Assembly: GCA_951406725.2 (NCBI GenBank)
Contig: OX597817.1
Coordinates: forward strand, 99,262,001-99,326,000
Direction: 5' to 3'
DNA from: Octopus vulgaris
Taxonomy: Eukaryota
Length of the DNA: 64,000 bases
The notes under the pieces are model-generated. The model searched no databases, had not been told where the DNA came from, and saw only the letters and a program-made list of their open reading frames with translations. Positions 1-11,116 of the stretch are shown in pieces (within the stretch, counting starts at the first letter, position 1; every line of letters begins with the position of its first letter). Both the position numbers and the translations under genes were made by a program.

Positions 1-1807
1 AATTATTTTAACTAATTTATCCATTACCCATCTCGCCTCTCGTGTATTCATCAACCATCGTGTATTCGCGCCTTATTCCTCCGGACAATCTTTACTTAAA
101 AAAAACGCAGCCCCAAACTTCTGCTCTTTCATTCATTCATTCATCTAGCAGATAAGTTGAATGCTTATTTATTTATTTTCACTTCCCCATCAATCATACA
201 TGCTTTCTTATCTATCTAACTATTTTTAACTAATTTCTATATCTATCTAATTATTTTAACTAATTTATCCATTACCCATCTCGCCTCTCGTGTATTCATC
301 AACCATCGTGTATTCGCGCCTTATTCCTCCGGACAATCTTTACTTAAAAAAACGCAGCCCCAAACTTCTGCTCTTTCATTCATTCATTCATCTAGCAGAT
401 AAGTTGAATGCTTATTTATTTATTTTCACTTCCCCATCAATCATACATGCTTTCTTATCTATCTAACTATTTTTAACTAATTTCTATATCTATCTAATTA
501 TTTTAACTAATTTATCCATTACCCATCTCGCCTCTCGTGTATTCATCAACCATCGTGTATTCGCGCCTTATTCCTCCGGACAATCTTTACTTAAAAAAAC
601 GCAGCCCCAAACTTCTGCTCTTTCATTCATTCATTCATCTAGCAGATAAGTTGAATGCTTATTTATTTATTTTCACTTCCCCATCAATCATACATGCTTT
701 CTTATCTATCTAACTATTTTTAACTAATTTCTATATCTATCTAATTATTTTAACTAATTTATCCATTACCCATCTCGCCTCTCGTGTATTCATCAACCAT
801 CGTGTATTCGCGCCTTATTCCTCCGGACAATCTTTACTTAAAAAAACGCAGCCCCAAACTTCTGCTCTCTTTCATTCATTCATTCATCTAGCAGATAAGT
901 TGAATGCTTATTTATTTATTTTCACTTCCCCATCAATCATACATGCTTTCTTATCTATCTAACTATTTTTAACTAATTTCTATATCTATCTAATTATTTT
1001 AACTAATTTATCCATTACCCATCTCGCCTCTCGTGTATTCATCAACCATCGTGTATTCGCGCCTTATTCCTCCGGACAATCTTTACTTAAAAAAAACGCA
1101 GCCCCAAACTTCTGCTCTTTCATTCATTCATTCATCTAGCAGATAAGTTGAATGCTTATTTATTTATTTTCACTTCCCCATCAATCATACATGCTTTCTT
1201 ATCTATCTAACTATTTTTAACTAATTTCTATATCTATCTAATTATTTTAACTAATTTATCCATTACCCATCTCGCCTCTCGTGTATTCATCAACCATCGT
1301 GTATTCGCGCCTTATTCCTCCGGACAATCTTTACTTAAAAAAACGCAGCCCCAAACTTCTGCTCTTTCATTCATTCATTCATCTAGCAGATAAGTTGAAT
1401 GCTTATTTATTTATTTTCACTTCCCCATCAATCATACATGCTTTCTTATCTATCTAACTATTTTTAACTAATTTCTATATCTATCTAATTATTTTAACTA
1501 ATTTATCCATTACCCATCTCGCCTCTCGTGTATTCATCAACCATCGTGTATTCGCGCCTTATTCCTCCGGACAATCTTTACTTAAAAAAACGCAGCCCCA
1601 AACTTCTGCTCTTTCATTCATTCATTCATTCATCTAGCAGATAAGTTGAATGCTTATTTATTTATTTTCACTTCCCCATCAATCATACATGCTTTCTTAT
1701 CTATCTAACTATTTTTAACTAATTTCTATATCTATCTAATTATTTTAACTAATTTATCCATTACCCATCTCGCCTCTCGTGTATTCATCAACCATCGTGT
1801 ATTCGCG
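1..1807. repeat. Tandem array of ~248-bp monomers (~7.3 copies, runs off window start)
   Basis: AATTATTTTAACTAATTTATCCATTACCC recurs at about 1, 249, 496, 743, 992, 1240, 1487 and 1738; copies are near identical. Confidence 0.95.
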
Positions 1808-2325
1808 GTGCACTTATTCCTCCTGCCCACCCCCACCACCAATACCGGATATCTCTATATTTTTGTTCCATCCAGATAAGTTGATGCTTATTTATTTATT
1901 TTCGCTTCTCCCACCACCATAATAGGTGTCTATCTTCGAACCCCCCTCTTCAATACGCTATTTCACCATGCATTACCCCTCTCTTGATATCCTACGTTCT
2001 ACTTGCCTAGAACCTGTCATCATTTCTCTGAACCACCCCTCCCCACTGGTGCTCCCCTATATTTCTGCACCCCCCCACACATAAAAAAGCACCATCCGAA
2101 CGTGGCCGATGCCAGACCCCTCTGGCACCTGTGCAGGTGGCACGTAAAAAACACCCACTACACTCGCGGAGTGGTTGGCGTTAGGAAGGGCATCCAGCCG
2201 TAGAAACTCTGCCAGACTAGACTGGAGCCTGGGGCAGTCCCTAGCTCCCCAGACCCCGGTCGAAACCGTCCAACCCGTGCTAGCGCGGAAAACGGACGTT
2301 AAACGATGATGATGATGATGATGAT
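1790..2325 (+). mobile_element. Non-autonomous bipartite RTE-derived SINE-like element (RTE 5' region fused to RTE 3' UTR, (GAT)n tail)
   Basis: 5' part matches the sequence upstream of the RTE endonuclease ORF (47061-47472, minus). 3' part (GGAGTGGTTGGCGTTAGGAAGGGCATCCAG...AAACGGACGTTAAAC(GAT)n) matches the RTE 3' end at 35100-35342. Confidence 0.75.
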
Positions 2326-2600
2326 ATATATATGTATATATATATATGTATATATATATATGTATATATATATATATGTACATATATATATGCATATATA
2401 TATATGTGTATATATATATATGTGTATATATATATATGTATATATATATATGTGTATATATATAAATGCATATATATATATATGTATATATATATGTATG
2501 TATATATATGTATATATATATATGTATATATATATGTATATATATATGTATGTATATATACGTATATATATATATGTATATATATATATATGTGTGTATA

Positions 2601-2674
<74 letters not shown>

Positions 2675-2677
2675 AAT

Positions 2678-2741
<64 letters not shown>

Positions 2742-2759
2742 CTCCATTCTCTAATTTTG

Positions 2760-2841
<82 letters not shown>
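2325..2841. repeat. (TA)n/(TATG) microsatellite
   Basis: Direct reading; interrupted by a 28-bp fragment at 2735-2762. Confidence 0.95.
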
Positions 2842-2851
<10 letters not shown>

Positions 2852-3263
2852 GTCAAAATGCGATAAAATAAATTTATTATTATCGCCGGTGTTCTAGCAC
2901 AGGCCATATATTATTCATATATAAGTACATTGAAAGGCGAAGTATGTACTAGATACACAGAAGCTTGATAAATTTAGTGAAATGTAAATAAAAACTTTTA
3001 CTAACTCGGTTCATCTTATACTGCAGTTTCGTCTTTTCCAGCAATAAAAATAATTTATTTACTCAGGGAGACTCGTCAGTAAGAGCCCTGTTATTCTGAA
3101 ATCGCACCTCAACAGAAGCATGTGCGTCTACTAATTTGCTCTTTCTAACTAATCAGATCACTGCGCAGACGCAGAACGTACCCGACAAACTAGGGGTTTC
3201 TGGTATATAGTCTAATGCTCAAAATTTATCAAGAAATATGTAAACAAAGTCAAAATGCGATAT
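2842..3263 (-). mobile_element. ORF-less hammerhead-containing unit (retrozyme-like or solo Penelope pLTR) with ~23-bp terminal direct repeat
   Basis: TGTAAACAAAGTCAAAATGCGATA at ~2842 and ~3239; HHR at 3014-3084; flanked by (TA)n on both sides. Confidence 0.7.
3014..3084 (-). ncRNA. Minimal type I hammerhead ribozyme
   Basis: Minus strand: TCTTA-CTGACGA-GTCT...AGAC-GAAA-CTGCAG-TA-TAAGA; stems I and II pair, palindromic stem III. Confidence 0.9.
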
Positions 3264-3282
3264 ATATATATCTATATATATG

Positions 3283-3323
<41 letters not shown>

Positions 3324-3352
3324 GTATATATATATATACATATATATATGTA

Positions 3353-3392
<40 letters not shown>

Positions 3393-3424
3393 CAGATATA
3401 TATCTATATCTATGTATATATATC

Positions 3425-3456
<32 letters not shown>

Positions 3457-3529
3457 TATCTATATATAAAACATTATTGGTGAATTGAAGAAATGGAGCT
3501 GAACGCAGATTGAACAGAAATCGTTTTAT

Positions 3530-3616
3530 TTCATTCTACACGTGTTTCGAAAGGCACAAATTACCAAAATCCGATTGAATAATGGGACCATATTGTGTCT
3601 TTCTCTTCAGGAAGAA
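3530..3616 (-). ncRNA. Type I hammerhead ribozyme, long stem II
   Basis: Minus: TTC-CTGAAGA-GAAAGACACAA...TTGTGCCTTTC-GAAA-CACGTG-TA-GAA. Confidence 0.85.
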
Positions 3617-4176
3617 AATAGGAAATCCGTTGGAAAAACAAAAACAGAACAGAGGCGGAGCAAAAACAAATCGAACTATGCTCCTAAGAGCCCATGGCGA
3701 AACTGTTTATCAGTGTATGTTGAGAACCGGTGGCTGAAGAATTTAACGGGTCAGGCATCGGTCAATCATGTGGGTGAGGGTGTGTAGGTGTTCTTTGTGA
3801 CCGAGAATAAAGTTCTGACTATTTAAGGAATATTGGATGTTTTATAAGGGGCGAGAAAAAATCTACTTAGAGACGTGTGTGTGTGTATACTGTTCTATAT
3901 ATGTGTGTTGGCGTAGGGGTAGAAAACATTTTTTGTGTACGTTTGTGCGTTTGATCGTTCGGCTGTCAGTGGCTACTGCCGTCAGAACCGTTGGGTGGCA
4001 GAAAAAAAATATATATATATTATGTTTTATGTGTGTGTGTGTTCATCTAAGCCTGCCTTGTCAAGGAAACCCCCCGCATGTATATATATCTATATATATA
4101 TATATCTATATATATATACATATATATATATACAGATATATATATATATCTATGTATATATATCTATGTATATATA

Positions 4177-4305
<129 letters not shown>

Positions 4306-4328
4306 ATATATATATCCATATATAAATA

Positions 4329-4403
<75 letters not shown>

Positions 4404-4637
4404 ATATATCTATATATCTATATATTATGTGAAATAGAAAGATGAATAATCTTGTAGTAGATTAATCAAAAGTTTAACCGATACCTTAGTAGCAAAAATC
4501 ACAGCAGTAAACAGCACGGTTGGAGGTACAACCATATGGTGTTGCAACCGTGCGTTGATGCGGATAATTGAAATTAAAACATTATTGGTGAATTGAAGAA
4601 ATGGAGCTGAACGCAGATTGAACAGAAATCGTTTTAT

Positions 4638-4724
4638 TTCATTCTACACGTGTTTCGAAAGGCACAAATTACCAAAATCCGATTGAATAATGGGACCATA
4701 TTGTGTCTTTCTCTTCAGGAAGAA
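4638..4724 (-). ncRNA. Type I hammerhead ribozyme (second copy)
   Basis: Identical to 3530-3616. Confidence 0.85.
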
Positions 4725-4892
4725 AATAGGAAATGTGTTGGAAAAACAAAAACAGAACAGAGGCGGAGCAAAAACAAATCGAACTATGCTCCTAAGAGCC
4801 CATGGCGATATATATCTATATATATCTATATGTATATATATATATCTATATATATATCTATATGTATATCTGTATATATATATATCTATATG

Positions 4893-6270
4893 ATTGATTG
4901 GTTGATGATTGATTGATTCTAGTTTCAGCTTATGAGCTGTGGCCATGCTGGGGCACCGCCATTTGGTGTTGCTACTTGGTTTCACTTCATGAAGGCTTTC
5001 TAGCAACTGCTATTTGGTGCATGAGAGAGTTCGATGCAGCTGCCCTCATCTGCCCCTCCTGCCGTGAAGTTGGTTCATCTGGGACACCTGACAGGAAGAG
5101 ATCCAGCTTAATTTTAAAGACATCTGTATCCACCCCATGCAGGTCTCTCAGGTTCTTCGGGAGGATATTGAAGAGCTGTGGGCCTCGGAAGCCCAGGCTA
5201 TCACAGAATCTTGTCCTACATCTTGATGGCAAGTATGGAGTCCTAGTCACCACGCAGTGGCGCCCAGTTCTGGCATTTGCGTAACTCTCGATGCCAAAGT
5301 TCAGGACACTTCCCTCCAGGATCTTCCAGATGTATATTATGGCATATCTTTCCCGCCTACGCTCCAGGGAATATAATTTTAATCTCTTGAGTCTTTCCCA
5401 GTAGCTTACATTCTGCATAGAGGCTATCTTCTTCGTGTAGCTACGTTGGATCGCCTCGAGCTCTGTGATCAACTTGACACTGGATGGTGACCATAACTGA
5501 GAGCAGTAGTCAAAGTGGCTTAGGACAAGTGTCCTCCAGAGGACCATCATGGTTTCTTGTTCTCTTGTTCTAAAGGTTCTGAGGATCCATCCGGCCAGTC
5601 GTCTACATTTCATTGCCAATTTAGCAACATGTACACGAAAGGTCGCGTCATCACTCATGTAAATACCTAGGTCACGCACTGATTGTGCCTCTGGGATTGC
5701 TATTCCTCCGGGTCCAGTGTATTCATTGGGTATTGCATTTAGTTTTGCATGCTGATAGTATAGAGCTTGAAACTTTTCAGCATTGAACTGCATGCTATTC
5801 TTTTCGGCCCACTTGTATATTTTGTCTAGCTCACATTGCAGGTGTTTAGTGTCCTCAGGGTTCTGTATTGCCTGTGAAAATTTTGTATCATCTTCATAAC
5901 TTGTGATCGTGGCTCTCTGCGTGGCTGAGGGCATGTCTGAGAGGGCCATTATGAACAGTAGTGGTCCCAGAACAGTGCCCTGCGGAACACCGCTCACTAT
6001 TTGCGTGTTAATGGAAGTGGCCCCATTGGCTACTATCACCTGACTTCTATCTTTCACAAAGTCATGAAGCCATTCTCCCAGTTTTCCAACTATGTTGAGA
6101 TCACGCAGTTTGTGACATATCATTCCATGATCGACTTTATCAAAGGCCTTTGCAAAGTCGAGATATATGACTTCCACATTTGAGTGGTTGAGCAGCCGTT
6201 TCAGCACCCAGTCATAGTGTTGTAGGAGCTGAGTTAAACAGCTTCTCCCTGGTCGGTTAAACAGATTCTC

Positions 6271-6273
<3 letters not shown>
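4893..6273 (-). mobile_element. 5'-truncated CR1/L2-group LINE: RT C-terminal ~425 aa, 3' UTR and (CAAT)n tail
   Basis: ORF 4987-6333 has YLDFAKAFDKVDH, SGVPQGTVLGPLLF, YEDDTK and YSLERRRER motifs; its N-terminal YIYI is microsatellite. Confidence 0.9.
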
Positions 6274-6319
<46 letters not shown>

Positions 6320-6320
<1 letters not shown>

Positions 6321-7080
6321 TTTGCTCTCTCATTCATTCATCTAGCACCCGAGCGCAGATAAGTTTGAATGCTTATTTATTTTCACTTCTCAATCGATCA
6401 TACATGCTTTTTTATCTATCTAATTTCTCTATCTCTCTATCTATCTAATTATTTTAACTAATTTATCCATTTCTCCTCTCGACTATTTAACTAATTTATC
6501 CATTTCTCCTCTCGACTATAATACGCCATCTTGAAGCCTGTTCCTTTAATACACTTCCGCCTTGTCCAAAAATTCCTCTTCCGGACAATTTTTACTTAAA
6601 GAAGGCAGCCCCAACATTTGCTCTCTCATTCATTCATCTAGCACCCGAGCGCAGATAAGTTTGAATGCTTATTTATTTTCACTTCTCGATCGATCATACA
6701 TGCTTTCTTATCTATCTAATTTCTCTATCTCTCTATCTATCTAATTATTTTAACTAATTTATCCATTTCTCCTCTCGACCATTTAACTAATTTATCCATT
6801 TCTCCTCTCGACTATAATACGCCATCTTGAAGCCTGTTCCTTTAATACACTTCCGCCTTGTCCAAAAATTCCTCTTCCGGACAATTTTTACTTAAAAAAG
6901 GCAGCCCCAACATTTGCTCTCTCATTCATTCATCTAGCACCCGAGCGCAGATAAGTTTGAATGCTTATTTATTTTCACTTCTCGATCGATCATACATGCT
7001 TTCTTATCTATCTAATTTCTCTATCTCTCTATCTATCTAATTATTTTAACTAATTTATCCATTTCTCCTCTCGACTATAA
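6320..7080. repeat. Tandem array of ~296-bp monomers (~2.5 copies) related to the 248-bp monomer
   Basis: ORF-track duplicates at 6562 and 6858 (offset 296); shares CATTCATTCATCTAGCA, GCAGATAAGT and CCGGACAAT blocks with 1-1807. Confidence 0.9.
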
Positions 7081-7596
7081 TCAACCATCGTGTATTCGCG
7101 GTGCACCCGCCCTGCCCACCCCCACCACCAATACCGGATATCTCTATATTTTTGCTCCATCTATACCGGATGTCGCTTCTCCCACCACCATTATAGGTGT
7201 CTACTCTTCGAACGCCTCTTCAATACGCTATTTCACCATGCATTACCCCTCTCTTGATATCCTACGTTCTACTTGCCTAGAACCTGTCATCATTTCTCTG
7301 AACCACCCCTCCCCACTGGTGCTCCCCTATATTTCTGCACTCCCCCCACATAAAAAGCACCATCCGAACGTGGCCGATACCAGACCCCTCTGGCACCTGT
7401 GCAGGTGGCACGTAAAAAACACCCACTACACTCGCGGAGTGGTTGGCGTTAGGAAGGGCATCCAGCTGTAGAAACACTGCCAGACTAGATTGGAGCCTGG
7501 GGCAGTCCCTAGCTCCCCAGACCCCGGTCGAAACCGTCCAACCCGTGCTAGTGCGGAAAACGGACGTTAAACAATGATGATGATGATGATGATGAT
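7080..7596 (+). mobile_element. Bipartite RTE-derived SINE-like element (second copy)
   Basis: Near identical to 1790-2325, (GAT)n tail. Confidence 0.75.
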
Positions 7597-7604
7597 ATAT
7601 ATAT

Positions 7605-7636
<32 letters not shown>

Positions 7637-7828
7637 AATATATATAAATACAAATATATATATAAATATATATATTCTTTCGTCAGGAGTGTGACGAAAG
7701 AACTCTGGCCGAAATAAGATTAAGATTAATGTAAAAAATAAATATCACTGAAGCAAAATAACACCAAATATATAGTGCGTGTGTTTTTATTGGCTAAACT
7801 GGCAATATGACCATTCCGAAATATAACA

Positions 7829-7859
<31 letters not shown>

Positions 7860-7864
7860 AATAC

Positions 7865-7899
<35 letters not shown>

Positions 7900-7903
7900 A
7901 TAC

Positions 7904-8025
<122 letters not shown>

Positions 8026-8090
8026 ATATATATATATGAAAAAACAAGTGAAAATAGAAAAATGCTAAAATAATTTTATAAAGAACATCT

Positions 8091-8128
8091 CAGTACAGGT
8101 TTCGGTCATTTTGAGACCTTTTCAACTG
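8091..8128 (-). ncRNA. Minimal hammerhead ribozyme, U3-A8 variant core
   Basis: Minus: CAG-TTGAAAA-GGTC-TCAAAAT-GACC-GAAA-CCTG-TA-CTG. Confidence 0.75.
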
Positions 8129-8695
8129 TAACGATTAAATAATTAAATTTAGAAAAATTAGAAGAAAAGTTTTTTTAAAGGAATATTTGTATAGTGTTCA
8201 AATATAAGTGGCATTCTGCCTTTCTCTGTCTCCCTTGTTTGCACTTGTGTGTTCGAGGCAGTTGTGAATTCTTGGTAGGGTAGAAGAAGAAGAATGTTGA
8301 TGAGGAGAGGGGTGGAAAAATTTGGGAGTGCCTTGATGGTCGTATTTTGAATGGTCAGTGGCGGCTAGCAGTTGCAGTTCAATTCAGGAGAATATTTCTA
8401 TTGAAAGGTTTGTTTATGGAATTTGCGTAGGTGTTATACTAAAAAGCATTAGTGATAAAGTTAAGAGGTAGAAGGTGGAGAAGAAGAAGATGACGATGTT
8501 GATGATGATGATGATGATGAAGAAGAAGAGGGAGAAAGAGAAGAAGATGATGATGATGGTGATGATGATGACGATGATCATGATAATGATGATGATGATG
8601 AAGAAGAAGAGGAAGAAGGAGAAAAAAGAGAAGGGAGAATATGAATGGGTGAAAGTAGTGAGGTGTTGTATGACTTGAAGTTGGCATGTTATGGA

Positions 8696-11116
8696 TTATA
8701 GCTGTGATTGGGGTTGATTTGTAATGGATTCTTTGGAATGTAATATTTGTGTGTGTATTTCTTTTATTCTAAAGTTGAGGTATATTATATTGAGGTTTGT
8801 TGTAGACCCGTTAAGAAGTGGCCTGTATTTTGTAATAAAGAGAGTTTCTTTACTTATTCGTTGTCTCGAGGTTGTATCGTCCCTAAATTGGTAGAGGGGG
8901 AAAATCCTGAAGCCTGGTGTTTTGTTGTTGGCGCAAGTATCTATGTGTTGGCTGAAAGCTATTTTTCTGTTTTGGGGAATTTTTATCTGGGATCTGTGCA
9001 GGGCCATTCTTTTACGCAAACTATTTTTTGTTTGGCCTATGTACTGCTCTTGACACCCGGAGCAGGTTAGTGAGTATATTAGGTTCTCCGAAGCACATGT
9101 GAAGTTGCTTTTCACTGTAAACTGTTGTCCCTGTTTGAAGGAGAACTCTGATCCCTCAATTAGATAATCGCATATCCCGCAATTGGGTCTTCCACATATT
9201 TTTACTGTCGGCTTCTGTGTTGAAGAGTGAATTCGGGCTTGTGTTAGGAGACTTTTCATAGATTTAGGCTGTCTCTTGCTTTTTATGATCGTGTGTGTTT
9301 GGAGGATTGTGTTCATTCTGTGGTCTTTTTTTAGGAGGGGTATGTTGTGGAGGATGGTGCCGAAGGCTTCGTTATTGAGAGGGTTGTGTGTGGACATGCA
9401 TGGTAAGGCTTTTGGTCGTAAGTTTTTCTTTGATTTGGGATGTCTCAGTTCCTTGATGTTAAGTTGAAGGGCACGTTGAATGCACTTGTCAATAAGTGAA
9501 GGTGGATAGTTCCTGGTGATAAGGGTATCTTTTAGTTCTTGTAGTCGTGTGTCTCTGGTGTTTGCATTAGAGACTATAGTGCATATCCTTTTTGCTAGAT
9601 TGAAGGGGATATTCATCCTGGTGTGTCTGGGGTGGCATGAATTGAATGGAAGATATTGCTTAGAATCTGTAGGCTTATAATATATGTCTGTTTCTATTAC
9701 ATTATTAGCTTTCTTAATGAGGATATCGAGGAAGGGGAGTTGTTGCTGGCTATATTCCATCGTGAATTGGATGTTTACGTCCAGTCCGTTTAAAATTTCT
9801 TGGAATTCTATGAGTTTTTCTATATTTTTATGCCAAAGAATGAAACAGTCATCTAGATATCTCTTCCAGTTGTTTTCTATGTAGATGGAGAAAGGGCTGC
9901 CATATCTTTCTAGAACCTTACGATACAGACTGATCTCTAGATATCCTATGACTAGGTTGGCAAAGGAGGGGGCCATTCGTGTACCCATCGCAGTCTCCGA
10001 TTTTTGTCGGTAGAAGTTGTCATTGAAGGCGAAGAAGTTATTTTCCAGGATGAATTTAACCCCTTCTATCACGAATTCTTTTTTGATGCGATGTGGTAGT
10101 TTGTTGGCGTGATTCTCTAGCCAGAATTGGATTGCCTCTAGTCCTAGGTTGTGGGGGATATTGGAGTAGAGGTTGACTACATCGAAGGATACCAGTATGG
10201 TGTTTTTGTTTATAGTATTCGGTAGGTGATTGAGCATATCCAAGTCGTCCCTTATATAGCTTTTGACATGTTTGAGGAGTGGTTTTAACAGGGTGTCTAA
10301 AAAGTTACTGAGGCGGTGGGTTTCGCATGCAGGACCTGCTATTACGGGTCTCAATTTGAGGTCATTAGGATTAGGGACTTTAATTATTTTGTCTGTAGCT
10401 ATCTTGCATGCGTTGCTTATTTTCTCACTTTTGTGTATCTTAGGTATACCGTAGAATTGGCTGGTTTTACTTGTGAAATTGGTCATATAATCATATTCTT
10501 TGTCGGTGAGCCCTTCTTTGTATGGGTTTAACATGGATTTTAGTTCCCTCATTATTTTTTGTTGACTGTAGTTTTGTGCCTTTTCATAGTATGTTGTGTC
10601 TTCCAGCATAGATAGTACCAAAGTTATGTAAAATGTATCCATTAAGACAACAGCACTCCCTTTATCGGCCTCTTTGATTGTTATTGTTTTATCTTGTTTT
10701 AATTTGTTCAACTCAGCCCATTCTTTTTTGCTGAAGTTTGGTTTGTGTTTTTGTTTGTGCATATGTTGATATGGGTAATTTGATATGTGGTCACAGAAAT
10801 CATCAAGTGTTTTGTTCTTACCTTTAGAGGGGGTGTAGTTACTCCTATTTCTGACTAACGATTCGTCCTCGTTGTATTTGTCGTATAGCTCCTCAGTAAG
10901 TCTTAATTTTCTGCAGAATTCTGCGATGTCTTCTTTCATTTCATTGTAGTTGGGGTGTTGTGGGGTGGGTGTAAACTTGAGTCCTTTGGAAAGTATGTTT
11001 ATTTGGTTTGCTGTTAGTTCCTTGTGAGTTAGATTGATAATTTTTATCACTTTTGGTTCCTCCTGCTTGTTTGGTGCTATCTTGTGTCTCTGTGTTTGCG
11101 TATTGGGTCTAAAAAA
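8696..11116 (-). CDS. Penelope-like reverse transcriptase plus GIY-YIG endonuclease (ORF2, uninterrupted)
   Basis: ADKG, FYGIPKIHK, SFDVVNLY, TAMGT, RYLDD, LPFLD, CGRPNCGIC linker, LIYSLTC..YIGQT; frame stays open upstream of the GTG at 11050 to a TAG at ~11141. Confidence 0.93.
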   Translation of the reverse strand, partial: FFRPNTQTQRHKIAPNKQEEPKVIKIINLTHKELTANQINILSKGLKFTPTPQHPNYNEMKEDIAEFCRKLRLTEELYDKYNEDESLVRNRSNYTPSKGKNKTLDDFCDHISNYPYQHMHKQKHKPNFSKKEWAELNKLKQDKTITIKEADKGSAVVLMDTFYITLVLSMLEDTTYYEKAQNYSQQKIMRELKSMLNPYKEGLTDKEYDYMTNFTSKTSQFYGIPKIHKSEKISNACKIATDKIIKVPNPNDLKLRPVIAGPACETHRLSNFLDTLLKPLLKHVKSYIRDDLDMLNHLPNTINKNTILVSFDVVNLYSNIPHNLGLEAIQFWLENHANKLPHRIKKEFVIEGVKFILENNFFAFNDNFYRQKSETAMGTRMAPSFANLVIGYLEISLYRKVLERYGSPFSIYIENNWKRYLDDCFILWHKNIEKLIEFQEILNGLDVNIQFTMEYSQQQLPFLDILIKKANNVIETDIYYKPTDSKQYLPFNSCHPRHTRMNIPFNLAKRICTIVSNANTRDTRLQELKDTLITRNYPPSLIDKCIQRALQLNIKELRHPKSKKNLRPKALPCMSTHNPLNNEAFGTILHNIPLLKKDHRMNTILQTHTIIKSKRQPKSMKSLLTQARIHSSTQKPTVKICGRPNCGICDYLIEGSEFSFKQGQQFTVKSNFTCASENLIYSLTCSGCQEQYIGQTKNSLRKRMALHRSQIKIPQNRKIAFSQHIDTCANNKTPGFRIFPLYQFRDDTTSRQRISKETLFITKYRPLLNGSTTNLNIIYLNFRIKEIHTQILHSKESITNQPQSQL

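Noticed and set aside
1-1807. CRISPR-like array
   Set aside because: Whole monomers are identical with no unique spacers; eukaryotic context
1790-1860. HDV-like ribozyme at the RTE 5' end
   Set aside because: Could not build the nested double pseudoknot by eye; needs a descriptor search
8439-8687. His-rich or Met/Lys-rich small proteins
   Set aside because: (GAT)n/(GAA)n repeats inside the pLTR
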